Source: Saccharolobus solfataricus P2 (lineage in GTDB: Archaea; Thermoproteota; Thermoprotei_A; Sulfolobales; Sulfolobaceae). From it: a DNA stretch of 64,000 bases. The notes under the pieces are model-generated. The model ran no database searches, was not told the DNA's origin, and saw nothing but the letters and a program-made list of their open reading frames with translations. The position numbers and the translations under genes are program-made. Positions 11,562-22,830 of this stretch are shown piece by piece (the stretch's first letter is position 1; every line of letters starts with the position of its first letter). Where the stretch lies: NCBI RefSeq assembly GCF_000007005.1, contig NC_002754.1; one strand, given 5' to 3'.

Positions 11562-11979
11562 AAAACTCCAATTAATGAATACTATAGCTAAAATCTATAG
11601 AGGATCAATAAAGGAGTTTAACAACAGGCTAGGTAAGTTAATGAACCTATCCTACTTGGACTTTTCAATACTTAAGGCCACATCTGAGGAACCTAGATCA
11701 ATGGTTTATCTTGCTAACAGATATTTCGTAACTCAATCAGCAATAACTGCAGCAGTGGATAAATTGGAAGCCAAGGGATTGGTTAGGAGGATAAGGGACA
11801 GTAAAGATAGACGAATCGTAATTGTGGAAATAACACCAAAGGGCAGGCAAGTGTTATTAGAAGCTAATGAAGTACTTAGAAATTTAGTAAATGAAATGCT
11901 AAGTGATGTGGAAAACGTAGAAGAACTCCTAGAGGGTTTAAATAAAATACTATCTAGAATAGGAAGCTCCAAGGACTAG
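11545..11979 (+). CDS. MarR family transcriptional regulator
   Basis: [19 protein letters not shown]...DRRIV wHTH; overlaps the MFS stop (operon). Confidence 0.92.
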   Translation: MQKIDEKLQLMNTIAKIYRGSIKEFNNRLGKLMNLSYLDFSILKATSEEPRSMVYLANRYFVTQSAITAAVDKLEAKGLVRRIRDSKDRRIVIVEITPKGRQVLLEANEVLRNLVNEMLSDVENVEELLEGLNKILSRIGSSKD

Positions 11980-13945
11980 GGCTACCAATGTAATGATCCA
12001 AATAGTTCATTTCCGCCTTTCCATTATAGCCATTTATCCTTGATGGCTGGTCCCATACCATACCGTTTTTAACCAAATTATCCCACTCTTTCTTACAAAA
12101 GCTTAAGTCTCCAACACCTTTCTTATAAGCTAACCAGCAGATGGCGAAGACCATTCTAGGCCATGAGGAGTAAGTTTGAACACTCAAACCAACAATCTTA
12201 CCATTATCGTCCACGAGGTTAGGAACACAATGGGGAGAAGCGTTACCATTAAGCCTTATAATACTCTCTAACGCCTTCTTTATTATGTCCTCTTCTACAA
12301 TATCCTCTAGTCCTACTAGTGTAGTAAACCACTCGCCATACAATTGGGCAAGAAATGACGCATTATCAACACTATCCCAAGCCTTAAAATACCTGCCATT
12401 AAACATTCTTCTAAACGCTTCTCTGGCAGAACTTAGCTTTTCACTGATAAAATCAACATAATTACTATCACCAACCAACTTTGCAATCTCCCTCATAGCA
12501 ATTAAAGACCCAATGAAAAGGGAGGAAGTATAACTATCATGACCCTTAATGATGGTAGCGTCAAAAGCATTGTCCATCTCTCCCTCCATGAATGGTAAAT
12601 TCCCCTTACACTGCCTTAATTCCCAATCCATGACCTTAACTAGAATTGGGTAAACCTCTTTCAAGAATTCAATATCGTTAGTGAACTTAAAGTACCTATA
12701 CACTAGGAGTATTAAGCTCGGATTCATATCCTTCCATCTGGGAGGAGAAGTAGTACCATCAATGGGAGAATCTAAGGAATGATAGCCTAAATCATGAGGA
12801 ACATAACCATCTTCTCTTATATGTCTAATCAACAACTTCAAAAACGATTTTTCTAACTCTGGAAACATAAGAATCACTGGAAGTGAGCCAAACTCATAAC
12901 AAGCGCCTATAGTACCTAAATATGGACAGTTCTGTGGTGCTTCGTAAATCGCAAACCTACCCTTCTCATCTAACCAAGTATTGGAGGAGAGGATATATGC
13001 GCTGTTTATTATGGCGTCTCCTAACCAGTCCTTTACGTTTACGATATTATGGAAAATTTTGTTTCTTAACTCATTAAAGTTGTCTAAAAAATACTTTGCT
13101 ACTTCCAACGAATCTTTAAAGAAGTTCTCGTAATAATGCCCGTAGGGGTAAAACACGTGCTTACCAGTAAAGTACCAAGCGAATACGTATCTTATTTCAT
13201 CCCCTTCTGAGTAGTTGGATATTAGAATACTTGCCGGATCATCCCTATGACCGGTTACCTCATGAGGATCATCAGTTACTTCCTCCTCCCTATCCAGTTT
13301 CACCCAAGGTTCCTCATTTTCATATTGTGATAACCAGAAGTTTATTGTCTCGCTTGGTTTCCTCTTCAAGTTGTACTGCGTTATTATCTTACTTACATTC
13401 TCTGATATTAACGAGGTATTTCCCTTAGCTGGGTCGTAATCATTCGCCTTTATGTTTTTATGAATTACCCCGTTCCTTATTCTCTCATTTAATCTCCCAA
13501 TGCTTACACTACCTACGATGTTTGGGAAGGAAATTGCAACTATCCCCTCCCTACTACCCTTAACTCTTAGACTAATTCCTACTGCAGGTAAGGACGAATT
13601 TTTCACGTCACGAGGGATTATTGATGAAAAAGCCTCCAACACTACTTCAACGTCGTCATTCTTTCCCTTTACTGTAACAACAGGGTATTTACCTTCATAG
13701 AGTATTTCTCCACGAAACTCACTTACCTTGTATAATCCACTATCTTTCTGGAATAGGAATCCCCTTTTATCTTTAGGCTTAATATATATGTGGAACCCCC
13801 TTAGTAACTTAATTGGATTTCCCCAATTGTTCCTTATTGTGATGTTTGTTATTCTTACCTTATTATCAATTTCCAGTTTCCCAGTACCAATTCCTCCTAA
13901 GGGTACTCCAGCCACGATCCTATCCTTATCAGTATATGTAACCAT
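11954..13945 (-). CDS. GH116 beta-glucosidase/xylosidase (GBA2-like)
   Basis: GVPLGGIGTG N-terminus, FAIYEA, VPHDLG, WKDMNP; 663 aa. Confidence 0.92.
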   Translation of the reverse strand: MVTYTDKDRIVAGVPLGGIGTGKLEIDNKVRITNITIRNNWGNPIKLLRGFHIYIKPKDKRGFLFQKDSGLYKVSEFRGEILYEGKYPVVTVKGKNDDVEVVLEAFSSIIPRDVKNSSLPAVGISLRVKGSREGIVAISFPNIVGSVSIGRLNERIRNGVIHKNIKANDYDPAKGNTSLISENVSKIITQYNLKRKPSETINFWLSQYENEEPWVKLDREEEVTDDPHEVTGHRDDPASILISNYSEGDEIRYVFAWYFTGKHVFYPYGHYYENFFKDSLEVAKYFLDNFNELRNKIFHNIVNVKDWLGDAIINSAYILSSNTWLDEKGRFAIYEAPQNCPYLGTIGACYEFGSLPVILMFPELEKSFLKLLIRHIREDGYVPHDLGYHSLDSPIDGTTSPPRWKDMNPSLILLVYRYFKFTNDIEFLKEVYPILVKVMDWELRQCKGNLPFMEGEMDNAFDATIIKGHDSYTSSLFIGSLIAMREIAKLVGDSNYVDFISEKLSSAREAFRRMFNGRYFKAWDSVDNASFLAQLYGEWFTTLVGLEDIVEEDIIKKALESIIRLNGNASPHCVPNLVDDNGKIVGLSVQTYSSWPRMVFAICWLAYKKGVGDLSFCKKEWDNLVKNGMVWDQPSRINGYNGKAEMNYLDHYIGSPSPWSFLF

Positions 13946-13999
13946 GCTATATTAGTTTGAGGTATAAATGGTTAAAAAGGTCTTAGAGTCTTATATTGT

Positions 14000-14998
14000 T
14001 TAGAGGAGAGTTTCAGAAAAGTTGGATACGGTCCACGAGAAGTATGCCGTACCGTTAGAAGTCATGGTGCCCCATTCTGTACCAAACTCCCAATCCGTTA
14101 GATAATAGTTTGTAATGTTATAGCTTGTAAAGTTACTTAACGCTTTAATAAACAAGTTGGGTTCATAGCTAACGTAACCATTTGTAACTTTCCAGCCATC
14201 TGGTCTAAAGGCTATGTACTCCCATCCTCCCCATGGAACACTTTTCATCTCCCAGACTTGAAAAGTAGCGTTAACTAAGGTGTGATTAATGTAGATTGGG
14301 ACGACAACTTTCCCAACCTGTTCTCCTGCTGGTTGTAGGTTTTGGCTAAATAACCAGACCATTATCTCAATATCTCCATTGCCTGGAGCAGTTCCGGGGC
14401 TGAATGCAATTTGAGGTCTAACTATCCACGCATCAGATGCAATATCAAAATTTATTGATGGATCTAATTTAGTTAAGTTTATGTAAAATGAGACCATGAA
14501 CGGTGTCATGTTACCTATCCTCATTGGGAATATGTTACCAGCATATGCAGTATCCCAAGGCTTTCTTCCTACATAAATCTCAGGATAACCGTTAGTCCAC
14601 TCCAATGGTTTAACTTGTGTTAAGTTAAAGCTAACAGAGAGTGTACGAGCAAGCGGATTAAATACCATAGTGTAGTTGCCATTATAGTTTTTAGCATTCC
14701 ACATATTTACTTCAAGGTAGAACGACGGTATAGTTGAATTGTTCAAATAGACTGGGGTAGGAGAACTAGCAGAGGAGGTGACATAGATTAATTGATTATA
14801 TGAAGTAATGGAAGTTACTGTTTGTGTTACGGTAGTGGTTATTGCATTTGTTGTAGTCGAAGTACTAGTTGTAGTGGAAAATTCGGTTGTAGTTACGGGT
14901 TTAACGCTGAGAGACTGTTGATGCAAGTAAATGATTCCCCCCATAACGCCAATGGCTATTATCACAATTACCGGAAGCACAATATATAATTTATTCAT
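14000..14998 (-). CDS. GH12 endoglucanase, membrane-anchored with Thr/Ser linker
   Basis: N-terminal TM, T/S-rich linker, GYPEIYVG, EIMVWL, WEFGTE catalytic Glu motifs. Confidence 0.92.
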   Translation of the reverse strand: MNKLYIVLPVIVIIAIGVMGGIIYLHQQSLSVKPVTTTEFSTTTSTSTTTNAITTTVTQTVTSITSYNQLIYVTSSASSPTPVYLNNSTIPSFYLEVNMWNAKNYNGNYTMVFNPLARTLSVSFNLTQVKPLEWTNGYPEIYVGRKPWDTAYAGNIFPMRIGNMTPFMVSFYINLTKLDPSINFDIASDAWIVRPQIAFSPGTAPGNGDIEIMVWLFSQNLQPAGEQVGKVVVPIYINHTLVNATFQVWEMKSVPWGGWEYIAFRPDGWKVTNGYVSYEPNLFIKALSNFTSYNITNYYLTDWEFGTEWGTMTSNGTAYFSWTVSNFSETLL

Positions 14999-15090
14999 TA
15001 TCCTACTTTATAATCCTTTAGGTACTAAAGATTTTCCGGCTAACTTTTATTAATGGATTAGCTTTTTATTCTTAGCTCGCTAAATCTCTT

Positions 15091-16272
15091 ATGGATTTAG
15101 TTGAGAAGTTAAAAAATGACGTAAGAGAAATAGAGGACTGGATAATTCAAATTAGAAGGAAAATCCATGAGTATCCGGAACTTTCCTACAAGGAGTATAA
15201 CACCTCTAAACTAGTAGCGGAAACGTTAAGGAAATTGGGAGTAGAAGTGGAAGAAGGCGTTGGATTACCCACAGCAGTGGTTGGTAAGATTAGGGGAAGT
15301 AAACCAGGAAAGACTGTTGCTTTGAGAGCTGATATGGATGCCCTTCCGGTAGAGGAGAACACTGATCTAGAATTTAAATCCAAAGTTAAGGGAGTAATGC
15401 ACGCATGTGGTCATGATACTCACGTAGCAATGCTCTTAGGTGGAGCTTATCTGTTAGTTAAGAATAAAGATTTAATCAGTGGTGAAATTAGGTTAATATT
15501 CCAACCGGCAGAGGAGGATGGAGGATTAGGAGGAGCAAAACCAATGATTGAGGCTGGAGTTATGAACGGTGTAGATTATGTATTTGGAATACATATATCG
15601 AGTAGTTATCCTTCTGGAGTTTTCGCAACTAGAAAAGGCCCTATAATGGCTACGCCGGACGCATTCAAGATAATCGTTCACGGGAAGGGCGGTCATGGTT
15701 CTGCTCCTCATGAGACTATTGACCCAATTTTTATATCCTTACAAATAGCTAACGCAATCTACGGCATAACAGCAAGGCAAATTGATCCAGTTCAACCCTT
15801 TATCATATCCATTACTACAATACATTCAGGTACAAAGGATAACATAATACCAGATGATGCCGAAATGCAGGGAACAATTAGAAGTTTAGACGAGAACGTT
15901 AGAAGTAAGGCTAAGGACTATATGAGAAGAATAGTTTCGTCAATATGTGGAATCTATGGTGCAACTTGTGAGGTTAAATTCATGGAAGACGTCTATCCAA
16001 CTACCGTAAATAACCCTGAGGTAACTGATGAGGTAATGAAAATTCTATCTTCAATATCAACAGTTGTTGAGACAGAGCCAGTGCTAGGAGCGGAGGACTT
16101 CTCCAGATTCTTACAGAAGGCTCCAGGAACGTATTTCTTTCTGGGAACCAGAAACGAAAAGAAAGGATGCATATATCCCAATCACAGCTCTAAGTTCTGT
16201 GTAGATGAGGACGTGCTAAAATTAGGTGCCTTAGCTCACGCATTATTGGCAGTAAAGTTCAGTAATAAATAA
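15091..16272 (+). CDS. cpsA: Thermostable carboxypeptidase, M20D amidohydrolase
   Basis: HEYPEL, ALRADMDAL, MHACGHD, FQPAEE, GAEDF, NHSS. Confidence 0.92.
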   Translation: MDLVEKLKNDVREIEDWIIQIRRKIHEYPELSYKEYNTSKLVAETLRKLGVEVEEGVGLPTAVVGKIRGSKPGKTVALRADMDALPVEENTDLEFKSKVKGVMHACGHDTHVAMLLGGAYLLVKNKDLISGEIRLIFQPAEEDGGLGGAKPMIEAGVMNGVDYVFGIHISSSYPSGVFATRKGPIMATPDAFKIIVHGKGGHGSAPHETIDPIFISLQIANAIYGITARQIDPVQPFIISITTIHSGTKDNIIPDDAEMQGTIRSLDENVRSKAKDYMRRIVSSICGIYGATCEVKFMEDVYPTTVNNPEVTDEVMKILSSISTVVETEPVLGAEDFSRFLQKAPGTYFFLGTRNEKKGCIYPNHSSKFCVDEDVLKLGALAHALLAVKFSNK

Positions 16273-16294
16273 AGGGCTTAATGCTAAATGAGTA

Positions 16295-16774
16295 TTGGAA
16301 ATGGAGAAGGAAAAGGTTCTCAATATTTTGAGGAATTCCTCAAATTTACCTTTAAGTTTAATTAAAGAATTCCTCTCAGACAAGGATAAGGATATTAAAC
16401 ATGAAGCTTGGAATTACGTTATTTTGAACGTTAAGGATAAGGAGTTCCTATTAGAACTCTTATCATTTCACGATACCGGTACAAGATATAGAGCTTGGAA
16501 TAGTGTTCCAGAATTCATTATAAGTGGAAGATTAACATTAGAGGAGGTAATTAGTAGAAAAAGGTACTTCCTTGAAATGCTTAAAGACGATAATAAAGTC
16601 GTAAGGGCACTATCTTGGTATGTTACGTTAAAACCCTTATTGGAAATGAAAATAGTAAAAATGGAAGAGATTCTTAGTTATTCGCCCTTTCTGTGCGAGT
16701 TAATTAACTCAGAGTTTCACGATGTCGTACTAGATACTATGGATGAATTTAGGATTACATGCAAGTTTATATAG
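16295..16774 (+). CDS. Hypothetical alpha-helical (HEAT-like) protein
   Basis: 159-aa ORF with repeated D/GxRxxAW helices. Confidence 0.65.
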   Translation: MEMEKEKVLNILRNSSNLPLSLIKEFLSDKDKDIKHEAWNYVILNVKDKEFLLELLSFHDTGTRYRAWNSVPEFIISGRLTLEEVISRKRYFLEMLKDDNKVVRALSWYVTLKPLLEMKIVKMEEILSYSPFLCELINSEFHDVVLDTMDEFRITCKFI

Positions 16775-16909
16775 AAATAGAAGATACAGCTATTTATATA
16801 GATATGTATAGATTGTTCTTCTCTATTTTATTTACGAGATATGTTATATAAGTATTATAGATCTTCGCCCAAAATCCTTTTATTATTAACTTGTAAGGAG
16901 TCACTAAAG

Positions 16910-17976
16910 ATGATTTCAGTTATCATACCGGCATTTAATGAGGAAAGAAGAATAGGTAAGACGTTAGAGAAAATATCATCAACACTACCTAATGCTGAAG
17001 TAGTTGTAGTGTTTGACGGACATGATAATACACCAGAGGTTGTAAAGAAATTTCCAGTGAAGCTCATAATAAGCAAGGAGAGACTTGGTAAAGGAATGGC
17101 ACTAAAGAGGGGAATTACTGAAAGCAATTTCCAGAGAGTTTTACTATTGGACGCCGACTTCCCCATAACTGAGGAGGAATTGAACAAAATCCTGAGTACT
17201 GACGCAGATCTGGTCATACCTAGGAGGAAAATTATAGGCATGCCATTAAAGAGGAGATTTCTGCATAAGGCGTTTATAGTGTTAACAAAGATCCTCTTTC
17301 CTTCTCTACTGAAGTTTTCTGATTTCCAAGCAGGTGTTAAGCTAGTAAACCGGGAAAAGGTTGTAAGCGTATTGGATGAACTAATAATTAATGATTTTCT
17401 ATTCGACGTTAACCTAATTTACGCATTTAAGCGTAGACATTATAAAATAAAGGAAGTTGAAATAAATTATATTCATGACGAGAGTGATAGTAAGATATCT
17501 AGGGGCAGTGTTCTCAAACAGTCATGAAATTCAAAAAATGTTTGTAAAAATATTGGAGTAATATGGGAAAACGCTCATTTAACGTTTAAGATATAGAAAT
17601 TTGAACAGAGACATTATTTTAGAAAAGCTTATGTGCAAGAGTTTACGAGGTTCATTCTAGTACTACCACAAAAAGATTTCATAACCCTCCCACATAAACC
17701 CTTTTCAGAGGCTGTTTTTCACGTTCTAATTCCTTAGCTACATCTAGATCGAAACGACTAATTATGAAAATTTCTAACCTAATTTAATTTTACTATATGA
17801 TATCGAATAAGATGACTGCATGAGAACACTCCCTATCTAGGAAGTTAATGAAAATCGTTATTCTAATGTTTCTCTCCTTAATAAAATTAAGAATATATTA
17901 TTCTCCCTTCAAGAAAATATTATACACTGAACCTTACCTAAAGGTACAAGGATACATTCTAAGTAAGCTAAGATAA
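16910..17976 (+). pseudogene. GT2 glycosyltransferase (dolichol-P-hexose synthase-like), C-terminus split off by a 330-bp MITE
   Basis: MISVIIPAFNEE, LLDAD, DFQAGVK. Removing 17504-17841 restores a 44-aa tail ending at TAA 17974-17976. Confidence 0.85.
17504..17833 (+). mobile_element. 330-bp MITE with ISC1173-type ends
   Basis: TIRs GG(C/G)AGTGTTCTC...; 8-bp TSD TATCTAGG; second copy inverted at 42561-42890. Confidence 0.88.
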
Positions 17977-18498
17977 TCTACCAGTTATAATTCTTGAAAT
18001 TAGATTAAAGGTACCTGCAAATAGAGCTATCCAGTAATAAATTGTGGGATAGCTTTCTACCAGAACTGTTACAATAACGTTTTTGTACACTATACTCATA
18101 TTCTCACTCCCTATTATAAACAATGGGTATTTAACTGGGGTAAAGTAGTTAACTACGTTATTAAATAGCAAGTAAAATATCAAGGGGTCTAATATGTAAA
18201 GATAGCTCACCCAAGTTATCAGTAGGTAGTGTTTAATTATTTCCTTTTTCAAGGCTAGATAAATATAGTAGAGTGAAACACTTATTACATAAAATCTAAA
18301 GGCAAATAAAATATAGTTTATTATTGTGCCAATTTCTAATGTTCTTCCTAAGAATTCTAGATAAAATGAAAAGAGACTATCTTTAATTGTCACCATTCCA
18401 CCAGCAGAATAATACCACCAATAGCTAGGGAGGAGTGCTACTAATATATTTAACAACATACTTGTAATTAGCATTAACGTGATTTTCCTACCTCTCAT
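17968..18498 (-). CDS. Hypothetical multi-pass membrane protein
   Basis: 176 aa, ~4 hydrophobic segments; overlaps the upstream ORF by 4 bp. Confidence 0.75.
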   Translation of the reverse strand: MRGRKITLMLITSMLLNILVALLPSYWWYYSAGGMVTIKDSLFSFYLEFLGRTLEIGTIINYILFAFRFYVISVSLYYIYLALKKEIIKHYLLITWVSYLYILDPLIFYLLFNNVVNYFTPVKYPLFIIGSENMSIVYKNVIVTVLVESYPTIYYWIALFAGTFNLISRIITGRLS

Positions 18499-18905
18499 AT
18501 TATCTCACTTTGGGAGAAAGTCGTATTGAAAATCTTTATCACCATAGTTAAGTTGTAGGAATTATCTTTAACTGCCATCTCAAACATTTTAAAATTAGTA
18601 ACTACTACACTAACGTTCTTTACCTCATTTGGATTGATTGTTACGGGTTTTGATAAGTAAGTGTACTCCCCGGTAATATTTAGTAAGGTTATCGGTAAGT
18701 CAAGTGTGTTATTAAAGGTTAAGATTAACTCATTATGGGAGATGATTAACCCTATTTTTGGTTCTGATGTGAATAACGGAATAATAATGGAATTAACCTG
18801 GTTAAAAGAAGTTTGGACTAAATTGATTGGGTTATTAAGGATAGCGAACTGGACGATTAGTAATGAAATGAATACTACTAAGCCTATGATTTTACCTAAA
18901 TTCAC
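18495..18905 (-). CDS. Hypothetical exported/membrane-anchored protein
   Basis: N-terminal signal/TM, many N-x-S/T sequons; 136 aa. Confidence 0.75.
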   Translation of the reverse strand: MNLGKIIGLVVFISLLIVQFAILNNPINLVQTSFNQVNSIIIPLFTSEPKIGLIISHNELILTFNNTLDLPITLLNITGEYTYLSKPVTINPNEVKNVSVVVTNFKMFEMAVKDNSYNLTMVIKIFNTTFSQSEII

Positions 18906-18928
18906 GTTTTAATATAATATATTGACTA

Positions 18929-20053
18929 CTATAAATCTTTCAACGATAAAAGTGAAACGATAGATATTACACACCCGGCGTCCAAAGCTAGCATTGATAT
19001 GGAAAAACTATGAGTTAAATACAGTACCAATCCCACAAAGGATGGAGCGATCATGGTCCCAATTTGGGATACAGCGTTAGCGAAACCTATTGAGGTCCCG
19101 GCACTAGATTCACCAGCTATTTTCATTATTAACGAATCAGTTGGAGGTCTATAGGAGAAAGAGAAAATACCTAATAGGAAGGCCTCTGGAAGTATATCAA
19201 TGTCATTTGAGAAAATTATTAAAAACGTTAATATGATAAAGCCTATCAAATTTATCAAGATGACGTTACTGTCACCAAATCTTTCAACAAGTTTCTCTAC
19301 ACTTAGAATACCAACTAGTTGACCAACTCCAAAAAGAAGAAGAAATAAGGCTGACAATGTGGGAGAAATACCTCTGTAAAGTACTAACATCGGGAAAATC
19401 CAAGTTGTTGTTCCCCATGTGGACCACAGCTCTCCTAATCTGACCAGTGTTGCCATGGTAATCTTCCTATTAAGTATCACCCTAAACGATCTCTTGATTT
19501 CAGTTCCACTAACGCTTATCCTACTGAAATGACTCAAAATAGCAATTAGTCCGAAACTTACTGCCATGGCTAAGTAAATAAATCTCCATAAATGTAGTAG
19601 GAAACTCGCTATAATACCTAAAGTAATGATAGTAATTGGTCCAGCACTTTCAACCAGTGCCACGTAAAATGTGAACTTTGAACTGTGAGAATAACTTACT
19701 GCGACTATTTTCATAGCTGATGGAAATATGGAAGCTGTTATCAGCCCCTCTATCAAATAGGCTATAAGTAAGATAGTGTAGTCTGTAAGGTAGAGGAAAA
19801 GTAATAGATTCATCCCTACTAAGATAATTGACGCATACTCCACAGCTCTACTTGGACCAATTCTATCTATAATTAAACCCCAAGGTATTGAAGACAATAC
19901 ATAACCTATATAAAACGCTGTTGCCACTAGCCCAATTTGGATAGAGTTTAAGTGAAAAAGTAAGGCAATTGGCAACGATATAACTCCCCAACTTAGTCTT
20001 AAAAACAACTGAAGAAAAGTACCTATCCAACCCACTATTATATTTCTTAACAC
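18929..20053 (-). CDS. MFS transporter
   Basis: GLIIDRIGP motif A, ~12 TM segments; 374 aa. Confidence 0.9.
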   Translation of the reverse strand: MLRNIIVGWIGTFLQLFLRLSWGVISLPIALLFHLNSIQIGLVATAFYIGYVLSSIPWGLIIDRIGPSRAVEYASIILVGMNLLLFLYLTDYTILLIAYLIEGLITASIFPSAMKIVAVSYSHSSKFTFYVALVESAGPITIITLGIIASFLLHLWRFIYLAMAVSFGLIAILSHFSRISVSGTEIKRSFRVILNRKITMATLVRLGELWSTWGTTTWIFPMLVLYRGISPTLSALFLLLFGVGQLVGILSVEKLVERFGDSNVILINLIGFIILTFLIIFSNDIDILPEAFLLGIFSFSYRPPTDSLIMKIAGESSAGTSIGFANAVSQIGTMIAPSFVGLVLYLTHSFSISMLALDAGCVISIVSLLSLKDL

Positions 20054-20107
20054 AAAATGCTAATTGGTTAAATCCCTCTTTTATGGTTATCGTTCAAAAA
20101 TATACTT

Positions 20108-20186
20108 GGGCGATTCAGATGTCTTTTGCGAATTGTAATTTATAAATATGCAATTGTAAAAATAATATGTTAATATTGATAATCGT
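20108..20186 (-). mobile_element. Half of a ~164-bp MITE (SM4-sized), cut by the IS630 insertion
   Basis: Resembles the reverse complement of 34360-34443. Confidence 0.6.
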
Positions 20187-21236
20187 TAGTGTTTCCGAAA
20201 AGTTTATAGATTAGTATTACCAGATTGAACTATGCAAGATTTGGTTCAAGCTTATAAGGAAGAGAAGAACGCGAGAATTAAGGAGAGGATTCTTGCAGTG
20301 AAGCTGCACGTAGTTGATGGTAAATCGGAGAAAGAAGTTTCGAAAATGCTTAACAAGGGCTATTCCACGATAAAATTGTGGATTGGCAAGTACAAGAAAG
20401 AAGGTCTTGATGGACTAAAGGACAAGCCCAGATCAGGAAGACCCAGAAAAGTAGAAGAGGAAAAGATAAAACAAATTCTGGAAGATAAGCCCCAAAAATA
20501 CGGAATACAACAAGAATATTGGACAATGAAAACACTCAAGATAGCACTACAAGAACAAGGAATAGAATACAAGAAATCCAGACTATACGAACTAGTCCAC
20601 GAACTAGGATACAACCTAGTAAAACCCAGACCTACCAACATCCAAGCAGAAAAGGACAAGTGGGAAGATTTTTAAAAAAAATAAAGAAATTGGAAAGAAA
20701 GGCACTGTTCTTTCTAGACGAGTGTAGGACAGTAATTAGCACGTCAATTAAGAAGGTTCTAGCTAAGGTTGGCAGTAAGCCCGTAATGCGCGTCAATATA
20801 GGTTTTTCCTCAATCTATGTTATTCTAGCTATAAACGCTTGGACCGGCGAAGTAGTGGTTTCTCTTGCTGAAAGGCCTAACTCTGAATCCGTTAAGTATT
20901 TCTTGAGGTACTTTAAGAGGCGTGTGGGTAGTGGTAGGGTTTACATGGTCATGGATAATTACTCTCCTCACAAGACTAAGGGTACGCTTGAGGTTTGTCG
21001 CAGGAAGGGTATTCATCCCGTGTTTACTCCTCCTTACTCGCCTGAGCTTAATATGGCTGAGGCGGTCTTCAAGTCCCTCAAGAACTACATGAGCAATAAA
21101 ATATTCTATACGATAGAAGACGTTAAAAACTGTATTAAACAGTTCTTTGAAGAAAATAAGTATAGATTTAATCTTAATGCAATAACATACCTAGGATTAG
21201 ATAAAATTGAAGTCTAAGAACTTTCCGGAAATACTA
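20187..21236 (+). mobile_element. IS630-family element (ISC1048-like), probable autonomous partner of SM1
   Basis: 1050 bp. Ends TAGTGTTTCCGAAAAGTT / AACTTTCCGGAAATACTA resemble SM1 ends. GT on both flanks. ORFs 20232-20675 (HTH) and 20519-21217 (DDE: LDE, MDN, PELNMAE) meet at TTTTTAAAAAAAA. Confidence 0.9.
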
Positions 21237-21397
21237 GTGAATCTGATCACTATTTGATATGAAGATAATAGTATTTAGGAAGAAAATTATTCAATATATC
21301 TACAGTATCATATAACAATGTATACCGACTACCGATATGATAGAGGAAAAGTATTCAACAGTTCAACTAATCAATTCATGAAAAGAACTTTATGATA

Positions 21398-22696
21398 TCA
21401 TTGAGAGATAGTGTTCTTAAGAACTTCTAGTACTTTTGCGTAGTTGTACCTTTTATCTAAGGTTTTTATATCAACTTTTGGCTCTCCAGTAAGAGTGTTA
21501 GTAATCTTAACTACATTATTTCCATTTAGCTCAAGGATCAACTGCTTGTTAATTTTAGCATTAAAGCCATTCTTATAATTATAATATTGATGATAATAAC
21601 TTAAACAATTTAAGTATTCGCCCATGTCGAACCTATCGTGATAAGTCGTAGTCTTGAGAACGATAGGTTTAATCTCCGTTGAAGCGCTTAAACCCAATGA
21701 CTGATCCATCGTGACAAGGTAAACATTAGTTGGAATCGCCGTTTTCAGCCTATTTACCTCTTTTTTAAGCTCCACATCTCCGTAGCTCTGATTTTTAAGC
21801 CTATCCTCTAATTGACTTATGGATGGGAGATGAACTTCCTTAAAGGTTTGTAAACCCAATATGAATTTTATTAAATTAGGATCCTTTTGGGTACCTTGTG
21901 TCTTACTTTTCAGCTCCCTATATACTGAAGTTGACGGTATTAATCTAAACCCCTTCTCCCTATCGTAAAATAGTCTTTTGATCCTATTTCCTAAACTTAT
22001 ATAAACGTTAGTATCGGCTACGAAGAGCGCATCTTCCTTCTTAATAATATCCAGTATCTTCTCCTCTTCCCGAAAGGTTCTCATACCACTTCTCGTTTTG
22101 CACAATTCTATAAATTCATCTCCCTTCTGATCATCAATGTAATTATTGTCACCAAGTTTTATCTTAACTTCCCCATGAAGGCTCAGAATATTATAAAGAG
22201 CCGTTAGTGACTCAATATCAAGTTCTGAGTCCAGTTCGTCTCCCGCTGTAGTAAGAGGCAAGTGTCTAAACTTGATTTCTTCCCCGTTTCTCATGTTAAA
22301 TATCTTTATCTCATTAAAGGGTACGTAACCGAATACCCTGTACCCCTCATTCTCGTTCTTTAGATAAACATATCTTACCTCCCTAGCTTTAGAGTAGTTA
22401 GCGGTAGTTAATGCCATGTATTTTCTACCCGGCGTAATGTCTAAAACGTCCGGATCATATTCCGAAATTTTCTCCCTCCACGTCTTTACACCTTCACCTA
22501 TTACAATGTCCTTTACTTCAACGTTAATTCCTAAGTAACTTAATGCCTTCTTTAAATTATCCTCTATCCTTTTATGTGGTGGAGATTCCCTTAAAATGAT
22601 AATTTGTGTGGGCTTTAGGTCAGTTAATAGTTCTGTCATTATCGCGTTAATTGTTGTAACTGATTTGTCTGAACCAAGTGTAGCTAACTTTTCCAT
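21398..22696 (-). CDS. CARF + PIN domain protein
   Basis: N-terminal Rossmann-like region with DITPGRKYM (CARF); C-terminal VADTNV, VYREL, YGDVE, VTMDQSL (PIN acidic residues); 432 aa. Confidence 0.75.
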   Translation of the reverse strand: MEKLATLGSDKSVTTINAIMTELLTDLKPTQIIILRESPPHKRIEDNLKKALSYLGINVEVKDIVIGEGVKTWREKISEYDPDVLDITPGRKYMALTTANYSKAREVRYVYLKNENEGYRVFGYVPFNEIKIFNMRNGEEIKFRHLPLTTAGDELDSELDIESLTALYNILSLHGEVKIKLGDNNYIDDQKGDEFIELCKTRSGMRTFREEEKILDIIKKEDALFVADTNVYISLGNRIKRLFYDREKGFRLIPSTSVYRELKSKTQGTQKDPNLIKFILGLQTFKEVHLPSISQLEDRLKNQSYGDVELKKEVNRLKTAIPTNVYLVTMDQSLGLSASTEIKPIVLKTTTYHDRFDMGEYLNCLSYYHQYYNYKNGFNAKINKQLILELNGNNVVKITNTLTGEPKVDIKTLDKRYNYAKVLEVLKNTISQ

Positions 22697-22830
22697 AAAT
22701 ATATATATATAACAAAAAGGTCTTTTTATTATTATAACAGACGGGGGTTCAAAGGGGGCGGAAAACTTCTCTTTGAGATGGATCCCTTTGTAGAAAAGTT
22801 AAAAATAGGAAAATAACGAAATACACATCA

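Noticed and set aside
16841-16909. Upstream ATG extension of the GT2 ORF
   Set aside because: The family motif starts at MISVIIPA (16910); the extension looks like promoter sequence.
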